From Prevotellaceae bacterium UBA2448 (GTDB taxonomy: Bacteria > Bacteroidota > Bacteroidia > Bacteroidales > Bacteroidaceae), in the NCBI GenBank assembly GCA_002342585.1, contig DDQG01000007.1, forward strand, positions 11,120-75,119: a stretch of DNA of 64,000 bases, in the 5' to 3' direction. Below the pieces are notes generated by a model that saw nothing but the letters and a program-made list of their open reading frames with translations, was not told the DNA's origin and did not search any database. Below are positions 62,746-64,000 of the stretch, piece after piece; position 1 is the first letter of the stretch, and the number at the start of each line of letters is the position of its first letter. A program made the translations under genes and the position numbers.

Positions 62746-64000
62746 TCAGAGCATGTAATACTTGGTTAGGAAGTATGTCTTCTCCCAATCCACAATCTTT
62801 ACTTCGGATTCCTTTGCAGAATGGATGTCGAACTCGTCAAACACCATGACCTTCTTGTCTTTCAGGTCATAGAGTGGCCATTCTGGTGACGGGCAACCGG
62901 TCCTTGCAAACTGGACCCACATCTGACGCATAGCCTTTGAGAAGGCGGGGTCATAGGGTCTTCCATCAACAAATTCTGGATGAGCGAAGACGATTGGCAC
63001 TTCTTCAAAATGTGCACTCTTGCGGATCGGGTCTGAAGACTCCACCCTATAGAAATAGGTGTAGGACTTACCGCCGCCTATGGCCTGGCTCTCCGCCAGC
63101 TTTATGGAGCCGTCGATAAACCAGCTATGGCTGAAAAGACGGCTGTCCGGCTCCCAGTCCTCTACGGCCCCTTCCTTGCAGTAGCTTTCGATCTTCGCTT
63201 TCTCCTCATCTGAGAGCAGATGGGCGTACTTCTTCGTCTTGCGGTTTGCGGCCCATACCTTGAAGTTTTCCACTTGCCAATCCGCCACGAAGCAGTTCAT
63301 CTCATCCTTGTTGCAACCCTGCAGGAAGGTGATATCCTTAGCCACGCCGTTTTCATATTCCTTCCAGGGTTCCAGGGGCAGGATGCGTCCGTCGCGCTCG
63401 GGGAAAAGGCGCAGGGTAACCGATTCGGCTGCAGCAGCGATAAGCTCATCGGCCGAGAACTTCATCATGTCAGCGACAGTCTTGCAGCCAAGGGCCTCAA
63501 TAAAATCATTCGCTGCCTCGATAGCTTCTTCCCGGGAATTGGTCTGGCAGGGGGCGCCGCTCTGAGCGATAACCTTCTTGAAGTTCTGCTGCGAGCCCTT
63601 GATAAGAGGCTGCATCGTCACACTTCCTGCGCCGGCCGATTCACCCCAGATGGTCACGTTGCCGGGGTCTCCGCCAAAGGCTGCGATGTTCTCATGAACC
63701 CACTTCAGCGCCACATTCTGGTCCAGCAGTCCAAGGTTCTGAGAGTCAGGATAATCCTTGCCGTCCGGGAGGTGCGACAGGTGGAGGAAGCCAAGGGGTC
63801 CAAGCCTGTACTGGACGGTAACAAAGATCACATCCGGATTCTCTTTTGCCAGGTTAGCACAGTCAAACAGCTCGATATTTGTTCCTCCAGCAGCAAAAGC
63901 ACCGCCATGAATCCACACCATGACTGGTTTCTTCTTCCCCGGCTCATCATCCGACCGCCATACGTTCAGATACAGACAGTCTTCACCCTGATACGGAATG
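62746..64000 (-). CDS. type-B carboxylesterase (para-nitrobenzyl-esterase-like); the N-terminus lies beyond the window end
   Basis: VWIHGGAFAAGG and GESAGA motifs are present. The reading frame stays open upstream of the Met at 63921 to position 64000, so the true start is outside the window. Confidence 0.75.
   Translation of the reverse strand, partial: IPYQGEDCLYLNVWRSDDEPGKKKPVMVWIHGGAFAAGGTNIELFDCANLAKENPDVIFVTVQYRLGPLGFLHLSHLPDGKDYPDSQNLGLLDQNVALKWVHENIAAFGGDPGNVTIWGESAGAGSVTMQPLIKGSQQNFKKVIAQSGAPCQTNSREEAIEAANDFIEALGCKTVADMMKFSADELIAAAAESVTLRLFPERDGRILPLEPWKEYENGVAKDITFLQGCNKDEMNCFVADWQVENFKVWAANRKTKKYAHLLSDEEKAKIESYCKEGAVEDWEPDSRLFSHSWFIDGSIKLAESQAIGGGKSYTYFYRVESSDPIRKSAHFEEVPIVFAHPEFVDGRPYDPAFSKAMRQMWVQFARTGCPSPEWPLYDLKDKKVMVFDEFDIHSAKESEVKIVDWEKTYFLTKYYML

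Overview
All calls come from reading the sequence and the ORF track; no database search was run. The window looks like a Bacteroidota chromosome segment, Prevotella/Segatella-like. Evidence for that: TAnnTTTG -7 boxes before many genes, lipoprotein signal peptides, T9SS-type C-terminal tails, and the DUF1599 / DoxX-like / tpiA / SPOR / folE gene order. About two thirds is housekeeping: rsmI, thiD, ilvE, trmB, an Mrp/ApbC ATPase, tpiA, folE, dnaG, recG, xseAB, ndk, and three tRNAs. Six accessory modules stand out. (1) 5.0-11.0 kb: an AT-rich, translationally coupled operon encoding a TolC-like protein, a HlyD-like adaptor, a protein with five CxxC pairs, a processive GT2 synthase with QxxRW, and a CheY-like receiver. 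I read it as a candidate tripartite, synthase-dependent exopolysaccharide secretion system with unusual regulators, and it is my best candidate for an undescribed system. (2) 12-17.8 kb: two large glycoside hydrolases, one with a T9SS tail. (3) 17.9-20.4 kb: a Cache sensor, PP2C phosphatase and RsbW-like kinase fused in one protein, followed by a STAS partner. (4) 20.7-29.4 kb: a Na+ symporter followed 28 nt later by a 2444-aa C-A-T-C-A-T-R NRPS. Its two A-domain N-lobes are nearly identical, and it carries in-frame heptanucleotide microsatellites. (5) 56-58.3 kb: a PI-PLC-like lipoprotein plus an outer-membrane barrel. (6) 58.4-64 kb: a GC-richer run of esterase, amidohydrolase, esterase, amidohydrolase. 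Short tandem arrays with a 7-bp period recur in intergenic spacers and inside the NRPS gene. I saw no CRISPR array, rRNA, transposase or integrase.
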